A stretch of DNA of 31,277 nucleotides, counting the filler, from Podarcis gaigeae (taxonomy: Eukaryota), in assembly GCA_964106915.2 (NCBI GenBank). It is 3 parts of 3 records of this genome, joined end to end, with 100 filler letters (N's around TTAATTAATTAA, not from the genome) between each part and the next. Parts side by side here need not be neighbours in the genome. Positions count along the whole stretch, not along the records: positions 1 to 12,008 come from OZ066915.1; 2 more parts are not named here. The stretch is one strand, 5' to 3'. Made by a program: the position numbers and the translations under genes. Shown here one piece after another: positions 1 to 10,660 of this stretch. Position 1 is the stretch's first letter; each line of letters begins with the position of its first letter. The notes below the pieces were generated by a model. It did no database searches. It saw nothing but the letters and a program-made list of their open reading frames with translations, and was not told the DNA's origin.

Positions 1-664
1 AGAGAATGACCACAAAATCCTGCCGTAAAACGAATTGTTCCGTTTATGTCCTGTTCTTCAATCTAATCCACTTTCCCTCCACCTGTCGCCCAAACAAAAT
101 CTTTGGAGTGCCCAGTAGACTACTGAGCGTTATGCACCGAGCTTACCTTATAAAAAATACATGCACAATAACAGCATTTTCCCCCTGACTTTGTTTTTTA
201 AAGTGCTAGACAGCAAATCCTGCATGAGTGCTTTGGAGCTAAAGCCAAGCATTCATTTCTGTGATATTAAAACAGAGGAGGAGACAATAAGTTAGTATTT
301 GAGGGGGAAGCAGAATAGTGGCATCCTCCTCATCATCATAATTCACATGTCACATCATTTGTTTGGGCAATACTGTTTATCTGAGACCATTAGATAAGCT
401 CTGGAAAAAAGAAGAAAGCACTGTAAGTCCAGTCACTTCTATGAGGTAATTTTAAATTAAATTGCTTCCTAACCTCTGTGGCACTTTGGCTTGCCTTTGT
501 GATGACATACAAATGAGGATCATTTCACTTAAATTGTGGGATATAAATCTTCAAGATGATTATGGTGATATTATTAATAATAGACCTGAATATATACTAC
601 TATGACAGGACATGCAACCAAGCTGCAGAACAATAGATGTGTAATATTCAGTATTTATTTGGCT

Positions 665-1005
665 GTGAGTCCTGGAAGACCTGCTCCCTGACTTGCAGGC
701 CTTTTCCCACTTGGGGCCCAGACTGACTCCAGCTACAAAAGCTGAGGCTGCTGTATTGTTTAAGGAGATTTGTTTTACAGGGAGGGGGGGAGCTTCTGCT
801 ATTGTCAATGCTAATTTTTTGTATCTTTATTTTGGATCCTAAGATTTATATGGAAATTGTTTAGTTTGGTTGTATACTTCTTGATGTTCTGTTTATTGTT
901 TTTAACTACTTTTGTCGTGATTGTAGATGTGTGACTTTATACATGTTGTAAACCGCCTTGGGCATGGTTTTCACTTTGGAAAGGTGACATACAACTAAAA
1001 TGACT
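665..1005 (+). mobile_element. L2/CR1-group LINE 3' end
   Basis: T-rich 3' UTR ending TTGTAAACCGCCTTGGGCATGGTTTT...GAAAGGTGACATACAACTAAAAT, the typical squamate L2 terminus. Confidence 0.6.
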
Positions 1006-2219
1006 GATTGGATAACTGTGACCAAAATGCCTCTACAGTAACTGTTGTAATCTTCCCAGTCTCCTGAGTTCCACACATCTCCTTCTCCAGTTCTGTGGCT
1101 GCCACACTTTACAACTGCTCACAGGTTTTCCCCATTTTGTCCGGACTGCCCCACTGTCTACAATGAAGATAGAACTGGCATGGTGAGGGTGGACGAGAAT
1201 ATTTGATTACAAGCTAAACCTGTCAGTCAAAAAGGAGCTCCCCACAGCACCCCACTGATCCTGGAATTTTTTTCTTAAGCAAGAGGCATAAGGTTCAATT
1301 TTGCAACCTGTTTCATCTTCCCTCTTACAATGGTCTTTCCAGAGCTAGCTTACAGAAATAGTTCTGCTTAAAAAGAAAATGCCTGGATTGCCAAAGCACC
1401 ACAAAGTTTTCAGTAGTCCCTGCTTTAACTCATGCAACTCAGATCCCACTTCACCTTGGACAAGCACCAAATCCCTCCCTTCACCTTGGGATTCAGAATT
1501 CATCTGAATCCAATGCACAGCTCTGGTTGTCTAACTCAGGACACCAACTGAACATGTCTTGAGTGCACACTCTCTGGTCAGATGAGTGAGGACACTTCGA
1601 TGATGGTTTCCTGCTCTCCAGAGTCTCTCACAGGAAGTAGGACGCATGTTTATTCAGGCTCCTATGACATCCATAGAGTAATGGAAATCACTTACAGCAA
1701 GCTGAGAGATGCAATAGTTAGGTGGGCCAACAGAAGTAGAGGCAAATTATTTTCACAACTCAAGATGCTAAGTATGTATAGTCAGTAAAATCTGGTTTAT
1801 AGACTGATGCAAAATCCAGTGTAAATATCAGACCTCAACACCCCCACCAAATATTGGGCCATGCTGTTTTCTTGGCTCAGCCAAGTTATTCTAACCAACA
1901 TATTTCCAGCTCCTCATGTTATCCAGTTTTTAATTATACAAGAAAGCATGGTGCCATCCACCTTGAGAAACATCTAGAGGTTGGCGAGCTAAGTTTAAAA
2001 ATCACCACCAAGAATGCACTTAAGGGTTCTTGTCAGCTAATATCCTTCACTACTAACATCTGTACATGGATGCATCTTCCATATCAAAGTCTGGAATGTT
2101 ACTCTGGGATAAAGTCATCTAGTAAAAGTCACTCCAATATTAAGTGTTATCATCATATTACTGTGTTGGGATGAGCAGTATACCTTCAACAGTGTATTCC
2201 ATACAAGGATAACATGAAT

Positions 2220-2293
2220 CAGCCTTTGGCAACCTGTACGAGGTTGATGGGTCACAGTCTAAAACATCTGGAGGGCACCAAGTTGGCAAAGGA
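2220..2293. mobile_element. Short hairpin MITE (hAT-like), internally deleted
   Basis: CCTTTGGCAACCTG...ACATCTGGAGGGCACCAAGTTGGCAAAGG inverted ends; related to 8710-8845, 23715-23825 and 31025-31080. Confidence 0.6.
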
Positions 2294-3339
2294 CCCCATA
2301 AAGTTTTGCCATATGCACTTGAATAGGAATGTCCCTGAATTTTGATAGTCACACTCAAGCTGCTTCACAGGGCATGAGCATGCTGGCCTTTAAGTCCTCT
2401 GACACATGAAAGTTTGATTTTAATATCTTGTTTTGTTTGTTTTTAATTACCGAGGTTGTTTAATGAAAATATAAACCAGTGATGCGTAGATTCACCTGAT
2501 TACCTTGGATATGGTAAGTGCTGAATAATATGTAGCCACGCTCAAGGTCAGACTTTGCTGACAAGCTATAATTTATTTCAAAAAAGTCAACATTACAGCC
2601 TTGGAGGTCAAAAAACACTGACAGCATTTAACCTGCAATCGTTTATTACCCTTAGTTCAGCATCTGATGACCTCAGATCAGGGTCAACACTATGATGGGT
2701 GCAAAAGTTGCTCATCCCCTCCTGACTGTGTCTATCAAATTCTGTTTACCAAGCAGGAAAGTCCCAGCTGGGAAAACATTGCTAATGTGATGGGCAACTT
2801 CACATAGGTACCACACACCTCAAAGCAGAGAAAACTTTCGTTATTCAAGAAAGTGGGAGAAGGAGGCTCTGTATTTTGCCATGTAGCCCAATAGACCTGA
2901 TAAAAGAAAGTATATAAGAATCAGAACAGCACTGAAATTCTTTTGGTTAATAAATAAAATAAACTGTTAGTCACCTAATTCAGTCCATGAATCTCCAACA
3001 ACATTTCTTCTTCTACCTTGGGATGTCAAATGACATCTGCTCATGTGCAGTCTGCGTTCAGCAAATCAAGCATTCAGAACCAGCTACTTTGTAGATGCAT
3101 GCCCATAAATGATTTAGTGTTTATGATACCACCTTTTGTGGGGGGTGAATCTCTAAGAGACTGCTGGAAACTGACTGACCAGAGCAAAAAGTGTTTTCAG
3201 AACATCAGAGCAAAAGAAGAGTCCCATCTGATCAAGGGCCCATCTGGTCTAACATCCAACTTTATTTCCAATTCATTTCCATTCTTTCCAAATGACCCCT
3301 AAACAGGCCAATTGCCCATTTAATTATCTCCTAGCTGTA

Positions 3340-3475
3340 TTTATACTTGGGGGAATATTTGTTTAAGTGTTGATCGATTTAATATACCTTTCATTTTATA
3401 TTGCATTTTTATTTATCCATTTGTAAGACAATTTGGATATACACCCCTGTAAGAAAGCAGACTAAATAAAAATAT
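3340..3475 (+). mobile_element. Degenerate L2-type 3' tail
   Basis: T-rich tract followed by TTGTAAGACAATTTGG...GAAAGCAGACTAAATAAAAAT. Confidence 0.4.
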
Positions 3476-3683
3476 TTGATCTGAGCATGTTGCTTCCAAA
3501 CTGTGTTTCTTTTGGAGAGCAGCAGGTAAAGTTCCACATGGCTGTTGGAGTCTACCTTACTTTTGCCCAGCTCATCCACCTACCCTGGTTTGATGGTGTG
3601 CTGGCAGGGCAGGGAAACATGTATTATTGAAATAGCCACTCTTTAATGTAATTTTTGTTAGGAATTACTGTATCTAAGACTAA

Positions 3684-3773
3684 GGTTGCAATCCTAGGCA
3701 TACTTACTTCGAAGCAAGTCTAACTGAATTTGATGGAATTTACTTCTGAGTAGACATGAATAGGATTGTGATG
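3684..3773. mobile_element. Short palindromic MITE (CAATCCTA...TAGGATTG family)
   Basis: Inverted CAATCCTA (3689-3696) / TAGGATTG (3761-3768); related copies at about 9495-9582 and 17712-17803. Confidence 0.7.
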
Positions 3774-3777
3774 TAAG

Positions 3778-3915
3778 CAGGGCATTTTTCCCAGCCAGAA
3801 CTCACAAGAGCTCAGTTCTGGCTCCTCTCAGAGGGGCGTCATTACCATTATAAGAGAACTAAGGAGGTGTTGATGGTGAGTTCCGGCACCTTGTTTTCTA
3901 GAAAAAATAGCACTG
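3778..3915. mobile_element. hAT-type MITE
   Basis: Ends CAGGGCATTTTT / AAAAATAGCACTG; 8-bp flanks GATGTAAG / GCTGTAAT (6/8 match); internal GAACTC/GAGTTC motifs. Confidence 0.7.
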
Positions 3916-4433
3916 GCTGTAATGCAAAATCTAGATAAACTAATAGGTGCACTCCTTCTGTTATCATGCACAGAGTTTATGGCAGCCTGATAGATTCCTT
4001 CCATCTCTTGACACCGGCTAGAAAACCTAATGAACTACAAATTACATGCATACATTCCCACTGGGAAAGATACGTTGTAAAAGTGTGTTATGAAGATTAA
4101 TTCAAAAGATTTACATTTGGGAGTATTTTAGGAGGATGTGTTATCAGAAGTTAACAGGATGTATCTCTTGAGGTATGTTTAAGTGATTTGGGTGGTACTT
4201 TAGAATAGCACCAAGGGAAACCATGCTGCTTCAGTGCCAAGGGTACTGCTTGCTACTGGTGTAGTATTTCATGGTATAGCAATGGGGATACTTCATGAAT
4301 CAATACTTCAATGCATGTTTGGAGTTCACTATGTCTCTCCAAAGCCCCCCACCCCAAATGTGCCTTAATTTCTGCAGCTGTTAGCAGCCACACAAGAAGC
4401 AACGCATAAGAAGCAAGGAACCACATAAGAAGC

Positions 4434-4897
4434 AAGGTCCGTATAGTTAAAACCATGGTTTTCCCAGTAGTGATGTATGGAAGTGAGAGCTGGACCATAA
4501 AGAAGGCTGATTGCCAAAGAATTGATGCTTTTGAATTATGGTGCTGGAGGAGACTCTTGAGAGTCCCATGGACTGCAAGAAGATCAAACCTCTCCATTCT
4601 GAAGGAAATCAGCCCTGAGTGCTCACTGGAAGGACAGATCCTGAAGCTGAGGCTCCAATACTTTGGCCACCTCATGAGAAGAGAAGACTCCCTGGAAAAG
4701 ACCCTGATGTTGGGAAAGATGGAGGGCACAAGGAGAAGGGGACGACAGAGGATGAGATGGTTGGATAGTGTTCTCGAAGCTACCAGCATGAGTTTGACCA
4801 AACTGCAGGAGACAGTGGAAGACAGGAGTGCCTGGCGTGCTCTGGTCCATGGGGTCACGAAGAGTCGGAAGCGACTAAACGACTAAACAACAACAAG
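4434..4897 (+). mobile_element. Bov-B (RTE clade) LINE, 5'-truncated 3' fragment
   Basis: ORF 4455-4886 encodes MVFPVVMYGSESWTIKKAD...FELWCWRRLLRVPWTARRSN...QYFGHLMRR...GRQRMRWLD, the typical Bov-B C-terminus. It ends in AGAGTCGGAAGCGACTAAACGACTAAACAACAAC. A 12-bp TSD AAGAAGCAACGC lies at 4394-4405 and 4898-4909. Confidence 0.95.
4455..4886 (+). pseudogene. Remnant of Bov-B ORF (C-terminal 143 aa; endonuclease and RT core missing)
   Basis: Uninterrupted reading frame matching the RTE/Bov-B protein C-terminus; non-autonomous because of the 5' truncation. Confidence 0.85.
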
Positions 4898-6914
4898 AAG
4901 AAGCAACGCTCTGAAAGCATTTCCTCCCACAGCTCCCAGCACAGCTTGGGAAAGGAGGAAGCATTCCCCAGCTTCCTGTGCAAGAGGGCACTGCTTCTTA
5001 CCTTCCCACTAGGTCATACTATCAGAGTGTTCCTGAATTACCTCAGTGACTAGGTGATGCTTCATTTATTCCCAGAAGCTTGCAATGCAGCACCAGAAAG
5101 AAGAGAACACCACTCAAATGGAGAGATCATGGGTGTCGCTGGAAAGGCAAAATAGGGGTGCTCTCCCTTTCCACTGTGTACTTCTCACCTCCTAGGACAA
5201 GGGGAAAATTCTGACCATGTTTATAGGGTCTCCTCAAGAACTGATGAAAAGGAAGGGTCCATTTTCATAGCCAGCGAATAGGGCTGTGAAGTCAGGGCTG
5301 ATGTTTCGACTCAACCCTAATTTTCATGCATGTGGATTCTGAGGGCTAGCTATAGGTGCAAGCCAACTGCAAAGGCACCTGACTTGTTTTTGCTGGTGGA
5401 AACTTCCACACACTGCTGTGCAGCAAACACAAATAAGGAGCCACGCAATCTGCACTTATTATTGGTCAGATGTTATGGGCTTGATTTGGTTTTGACCATC
5501 CCTAGCACTCTCCAATGAACACAAAAAGAACAGAGGATCCTAAAGTAGCATCTTCAAAACCTAACGCATTAAAGCTTCCACAAGACAGGAGCCTACTTCA
5601 TCAAGTACCACTGAAAGCTTGTGGGCTTTATTCCATTAAGTAGTGGTAGCCTTATCGTTGTGAAATGCTCTTGTGGGTCACTCATGAATGCCAAGTAGCA
5701 CACATTGTTCTTGGGATGCTTCAGATAAGCAGCAAAACATTTAATTTACGGAAGAGGAGAGGTGCAAGGGGGAAAGGCAAATGTGATTATTCCAATGCAT
5801 AGAAACTCATTTTGGGGATGGTGGTGGAGCTCTGACTCTCCCGCTCTAGCTTGCTGCTTTACTTCTAGGTCACATCACTGCTCCAAAAACTCTCTACGTA
5901 CTCTGGCATTATCAGGGGGGCCCACCCATTTGCCGTCTTGCATTGAACCTCTTAACCCCCCCCCCTTAGTGGTTCATCATGAAGGCTATCACTTCACCAG
6001 GAGGCTATCTGGCTATTCCAAGAATTAGAAGCTTTGTTTCATTCTAACACTTGCTGGATCCAGGGATTAGAGGGGTCTAGCACCAAATTTACACCAATAT
6101 TTTAAAGACCCTCATGGCTGTTTACTTCTTTTGCTCCAAGAGATACACCAAAAGACTGCAGAATTCTTTGAAGATTACTTTAAATTCATGAAGCTGTTAG
6201 GCATTAAAAAAAACTACCAGATTGTTTTCAAAGACCGAAGCCTTCTAAGAGAAAACACTTTCTTCCATCCACAGTAGGAAGGTGAATCAAAACACATTCA
6301 AGCCATCCATCCAGTGCCTCCTCCTTTTGTTTCCGTAAGCACCAGCACTCACCTTATGTTAATTTTGTTGTGTTTTCAATCTTGCTTGGTGTTGTTCAAT
6401 AAAACACAGATAATTGACTGGGTTTTGTTCCAGGTGTTGTAATAGCCTTCTTCTGTATGTTTACTTGGGAGCAAGCACTGTTATAATTTCTTCAAAGAAT
6501 CAATATATTCCACTGAATATACACAGTCCTGTTCAGGATTGCCTGGAGAGAAAGAAAAAAAAAATATTGCATTGAAGATGTATGCAGAAGGTGGTTGGTT
6601 TTGTAAGCCATAATTAAAGTTTTGCTGATAATAAAAAATAGAGGAAGAAGGCATTGCCAGAGCCTCTCCAGTCAGTTAGTGCTAGCACTACTGCACAATC
6701 AGCCCATTATGCAGATAAAATTGCAGCACTGTGCTCTTTTTCTGCACAATTAGTCGAAGACAGTATGCTTTGCTTTTTCTATCCAGTGTCTTAGCAGCCA
6801 GCATGTGCTCTGAAATTGCTAAAAGATGCCGCATCTTCCAAGAGTTTTATGTCACAATCCTATGTGTGCCTTCACGGAAGCACATCCTGAGTTACCTTTT
6901 TGCATAAAACAATG

Positions 6915-7065
6915 TCAAACTTAGCCATACATTTAAAGCACAGAAACATATACCTCCCCCCCCCAAAGAATCCTGGGAATTGTAGTTCATTAAGGTTGCT
7001 GGAAGTTGTAGCTCTGTGAAGGGTAAACTACCATTTTCAGGGTTTGTTTGGGGAAGCCATGTGGC
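6915..7065. mobile_element. Palindromic MITE related to 30764-30954
   Basis: CCCCCAAAGAATCCTGGGAATTGTAGT...AAACTACCATTTTCAGGGTTTGTTTGGGGGAAGCC. Confidence 0.65.
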
Positions 7066-8709
7066 ACAAAGAACAATATCTTGGGGGCACCATGTTAGGA
7101 AAGGCTGGTTTGTGCTATGAAACAATTCTAAGGAGCAGTTTCCTGACATTCTTGATTTTCCTGATTGTTCCCCCCAATGTTGCCCAAATATGCTTTAAAT
7201 ATCTATTGTGGGTGTGACATTGTCACAACCAAGTTGCCTTTTAGTATGGCTCTGTCACAATGAAGCACATTTAAAATATGAAAGTAATATCAGTCCAGAA
7301 ATGTGATCTTCTCTTGTGAGGCCCAAATTCAAATATGAATGGTGCTTTACTCCACAGCTATTTTATTCAAATATCATGTTTGTCATACCATATGGTTTTA
7401 GGCAATAAACATTCATTCATCAGCTGCCACCAACTTTACTTTACTTACTTACTTACCAACCTACCCACCCTGAGTATTCAAAGTTCAACTTTTCCATCTT
7501 GTATATGTCTTGAGGGGATATTCCTATATCTTTAGTAAATCTTGAATGCCATCATCCCATTATGATGCAGATCACTCTGTTATTTGCTATGCAGGCAGGG
7601 TAACAAATTGTACCATGTGATCATCTCTACATGCAATTTAGGACATTCTGAAGGAGGGGAGGAAAGATTGAGTAAATCGCTGTGAAGAAAGCTAGATATG
7701 CAGCATGCACAATTCTGAACTGAAGACCGAAAACCAGGCAGTTTGTACTGAAAAATGCATTGAGACTCGTCTGTCCATTTAAATCAGCACAGGTCAAAAT
7801 AGTTCCAGCATGGATTGCAGAAGCAAAGAGGACATTTGTCTCACCTTATTCCTCAGACCACGTCTGGCTATTAAAAAGTAACCACAGTGGATGCTCCCTT
7901 GAAGATATCCAAAAGCAGGTGTTTATTTGAATCTCTTGTGAATCATGCCCAGAGCCTTAGATTTTTTTAAAACGGGGAGTGGGAGTAAGAACAGTCTGGG
8001 ATCCATATGAATCAGCTGTAATTCAAAACTTAGTTCCCACTAGAAATTAGAAAAGGATTTTGCAGAATGAAGCCATGTTTGGCACTCTGGTGTAAAGCTG
8101 CCAACAGGATATTGAAAGGAGAGAACTTCAGCTCAACCTAAGAGGAGCATCTGGGAAGATGAGGCAAAATACGTCTTTTGGAAATGCATTAAAACCTTTG
8201 CTTGTTCCTTTCATGACTCCTTTGCTCCGTGCTAAAAGATTTCCATCCTTGTAAGTTTTATTTCGACCAATTATGTAACATTAAATATGGAGACAAGATC
8301 TTAAATCTACCCCCAGTTTAAACCAATCTTATCACTAATAAAACATGATTTTGCACAAGGGACAAGTAAAGTGTCTCAATTTCAGATGCTCGCCCACTTT
8401 CCATCATTCAACACTTATCCATAATTGTTGTCAGTACACCACTCCCGGATAGCCACTAAAACTGTTCAGTTATTCCTATTGAATTGCTAATAAAAACGAG
8501 GCCTTGCAGTGAAAAAGGTACTTTTACAACTCTGTGGTTTATGCATTGGATAGCATCAAAATGTTTCCCCCAAGCCTTCTCGCTTGACAGCTCAGTGCTG
8601 CCAAGTGGCCCAATACTGTTTTGCGTAGGAAGTGGGAAACAAGCACTGGCCCTTTGACAGATGTCCCTGAAGAGAAGCCGGCAGTTCTGCCACAACTCTG
8701 ACTGTAGAA

Positions 8710-8845
8710 CAACCTTCCCCAACTTTGCATCCTCCAAGTGTTTTGGATTCCAACTTCCATCATCCCTAACTGTTGGCTATAATGACTGGAACTAAGGACA
8801 GTTGTGGTCCAGCAATATCTGAAGGACTCTAGGTTGAAAAAGAGT
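8710..8845. mobile_element. Short hairpin MITE (hAT-like)
   Basis: CCTTCCCCAACT...GTTTTGGATTCCAACTTCCATCATCC...GTTGTGGTCCAGCAATATCTGAAGG...AGGTTG. Confidence 0.6.
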
Positions 8846-9342
8846 CCTAAAGAAGAACACACTTTTAGAAGTAAAGGCGGGGGGCATCTAGTCAGATTAT
8901 TCTGGAACAAGTGTAGTGGGGGGAACTTTTCTGGGATCTGCAAGCGTAAGAGATGCTAGGGTCCAAAAATACTTTGCTTTCTATTACTGGGAACTCCAGA
9001 AGATATTTCACTTCAAGGCATGTGTATGATCCTAGCCTATTTGGTTCCTAAAAATAATCATGTGTTACTGCTTTTGGCTGTAACCCTTCTTCAGATCTTT
9101 TTCTTTCCTTAGTTTACATTTTACTGTGTTTTTAACCCTAACCCTTCTTCAGATCTTAAAATGAAAGTGGTTTCCCCCCAAAATAAATTTACTAATCCTT
9201 GGGATTCTAGTGTCTCATCATTCCACTAGTGACCCCAAAACTCAAAGCTATGACAGAAGCTAGCACTAATCCAAATTTACAGACTTTTGGGGAGTTCTGT
9301 GGTACCTCAGAAATGAATAACCGAATCTCAAATGAAGGCACT

Positions 9343-9400
9343 GAACCACAGAATCATAAAGTTGGAAGGAACTAGCTAATCTAGGCCAACCCACTGCAAT
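9343..9400 (-). mobile_element. CR1-type / SINE 3' tail fragment
   Basis: CACAGAATCATAAAGTTGGAAGGAAC...ATCTAGGCCAACCCACTGCAAT is similar to 26058-26125. Confidence 0.65.
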
Positions 9401-9494
9401 ACAGTTTGAAATCATACCAGATCCTGCTTAACTTTGCAAATGTGCTAGCAGTTTTATTGCTGCAGTACTAGAAGGCCTAGTGGTTTTCCATTTT

Positions 9495-9582
9495 ACAAAC
9501 CTATGCATAATTATTTGGAAGCAAGGTCCCACTCTGTTCAGTGGGGCTTATGTCCTAGTAAATGCTTTTGGAATTGCAGCTG
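9495..9582. mobile_element. Short palindromic MITE, same family as 3684
   Basis: AAACCTATGCAT...GTCCCACTCTGTTCAGTGGGGCTTA...GGAATTGCAGC. Confidence 0.55.
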
Positions 9583-9927
9583 TATTGAATAATCCTAAAG
9601 TGCTAGTGGGGGGATCCAGCAGCATAGTGTGCACGTGTGTGGAGGGTGATTGGAGCCTGCTGCGCCAGCTGTCACTGCAGAAGAGACAACCACACACACC
9701 GGAGTCAAGTGGGGCTGCATTGCACCACCTGCCCTGCCCACCCGCTAGCCAATGAAGCCCTTGGAGGGTGAATCCCCCCTCCCTGGACGATCATGCATGC
9801 ACCCTTCAATCCTGGCCTCACAAAGCAGAGCAGGGAGTGGCAAAGCGATGTGAGAAGGGCACAACAGTCATGTGCCCTTCGATCCCAGCCTCACCCTCAC
9901 TTTGCTCATGGCTATTGCATCCTACTC

Positions 9928-10040
9928 ATGCTGCCCTGCCAGCCCTGTGTCACTGGAATCTGATCGGAATGATTCACCCAGCAAATCATTTAGATCAGAT
10001 CGCAGCCTTACTGAGCAGCACAGGGCTGGCAAGGTGGCAT
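9928..10040 (+). other. Extended hairpin / inverted repeat (candidate structured RNA)
   Basis: 22-position outer stem 9928-9949/10019-10040 and 17-position inner stem 9958-9974/9984-10000 around a 9-nt loop; function unknown. Confidence 0.6.
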
Positions 10041-10404
10041 AAAGAGCCAAATGCGCAACGCCCCCTTAAAAAATGTGTCCAAGGCCATCGCCTCAGCAGC
10101 TCTCCAAACACACACACACACCCCGGGGGCGGCCATGGTGGCTTCCTCCCTTTTTGTTAACCTCCCCTTCACATTGACTCCAGTGTGAGGGAATTTACTA
10201 TGCTATCTCCAGGGCTGGTGTAGCTCTGAACCCACAGCTGTTGTGGGGTGTGGGGAGGGGGCAGTGTCTGAGGGATGAAGGGGCTTTGGAACCAGTGGAT
10301 CCACAGCCTCCCCAACAAAGAGACCCCAAATCTTTATTTCTGGCCCCACCACCTGCAGGGCATCACTGGTAGGGATGGACGCATCTGTTCAGTTTTCCCT
10401 GCAC

Positions 10405-10660
10405 TCCTTTCAGTGCCTGTTAAAAAACATTTTTGTTTAGGCATGTAGAATATTGACATGTGTTTCAAACAGGGTTTAGCTTGTTACTGGTTTTAATCAT
10501 TATTTGAATGCTTTAAACCACTGGTTTTAACTGTTGTTTTTACTGATGTACATATATATATTTTTCTGTTTGTAAATCGTTTTGACATGGTTTCTGTTGT
10601 TTATAATCAAGCAGGGTAGAGATTTTATGAAGCAAATAAGTACATTTTTTAACAATAAAT
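10405..10660 (+). mobile_element. L2-type LINE 3' end
   Basis: TTAAAAAACATTTTTGTTTAGGC, then a T-rich tract, then TTGTAAATCGTTTTGACATGG...AAGCAGGGTAGAGAT...AAATAA. Confidence 0.55.

Noticed and set aside
499-589. GTGATGA...CTGA, a C/D box snoRNA-like spacing
   Set aside because: No terminal stem and no recognisable rRNA/snRNA antisense element.
1489-1511. 9-bp perfect hairpin GGATTCAGA-ATTCA-TCTGAATCC
   Set aside because: A single short stem is plausible by chance in 31 kb and has no supporting context.
4253-4858. 201-aa minus-strand ORF (and 4623-4850)
   Set aside because: Antisense shadow of the Bov-B coding sequence.
10129-10188. Strong Kozak context GCGGCCATGG
   Set aside because: Opens only a 17-codon ORF (MVASSLFVNLPFTLTPV) with no convincing splice donor.
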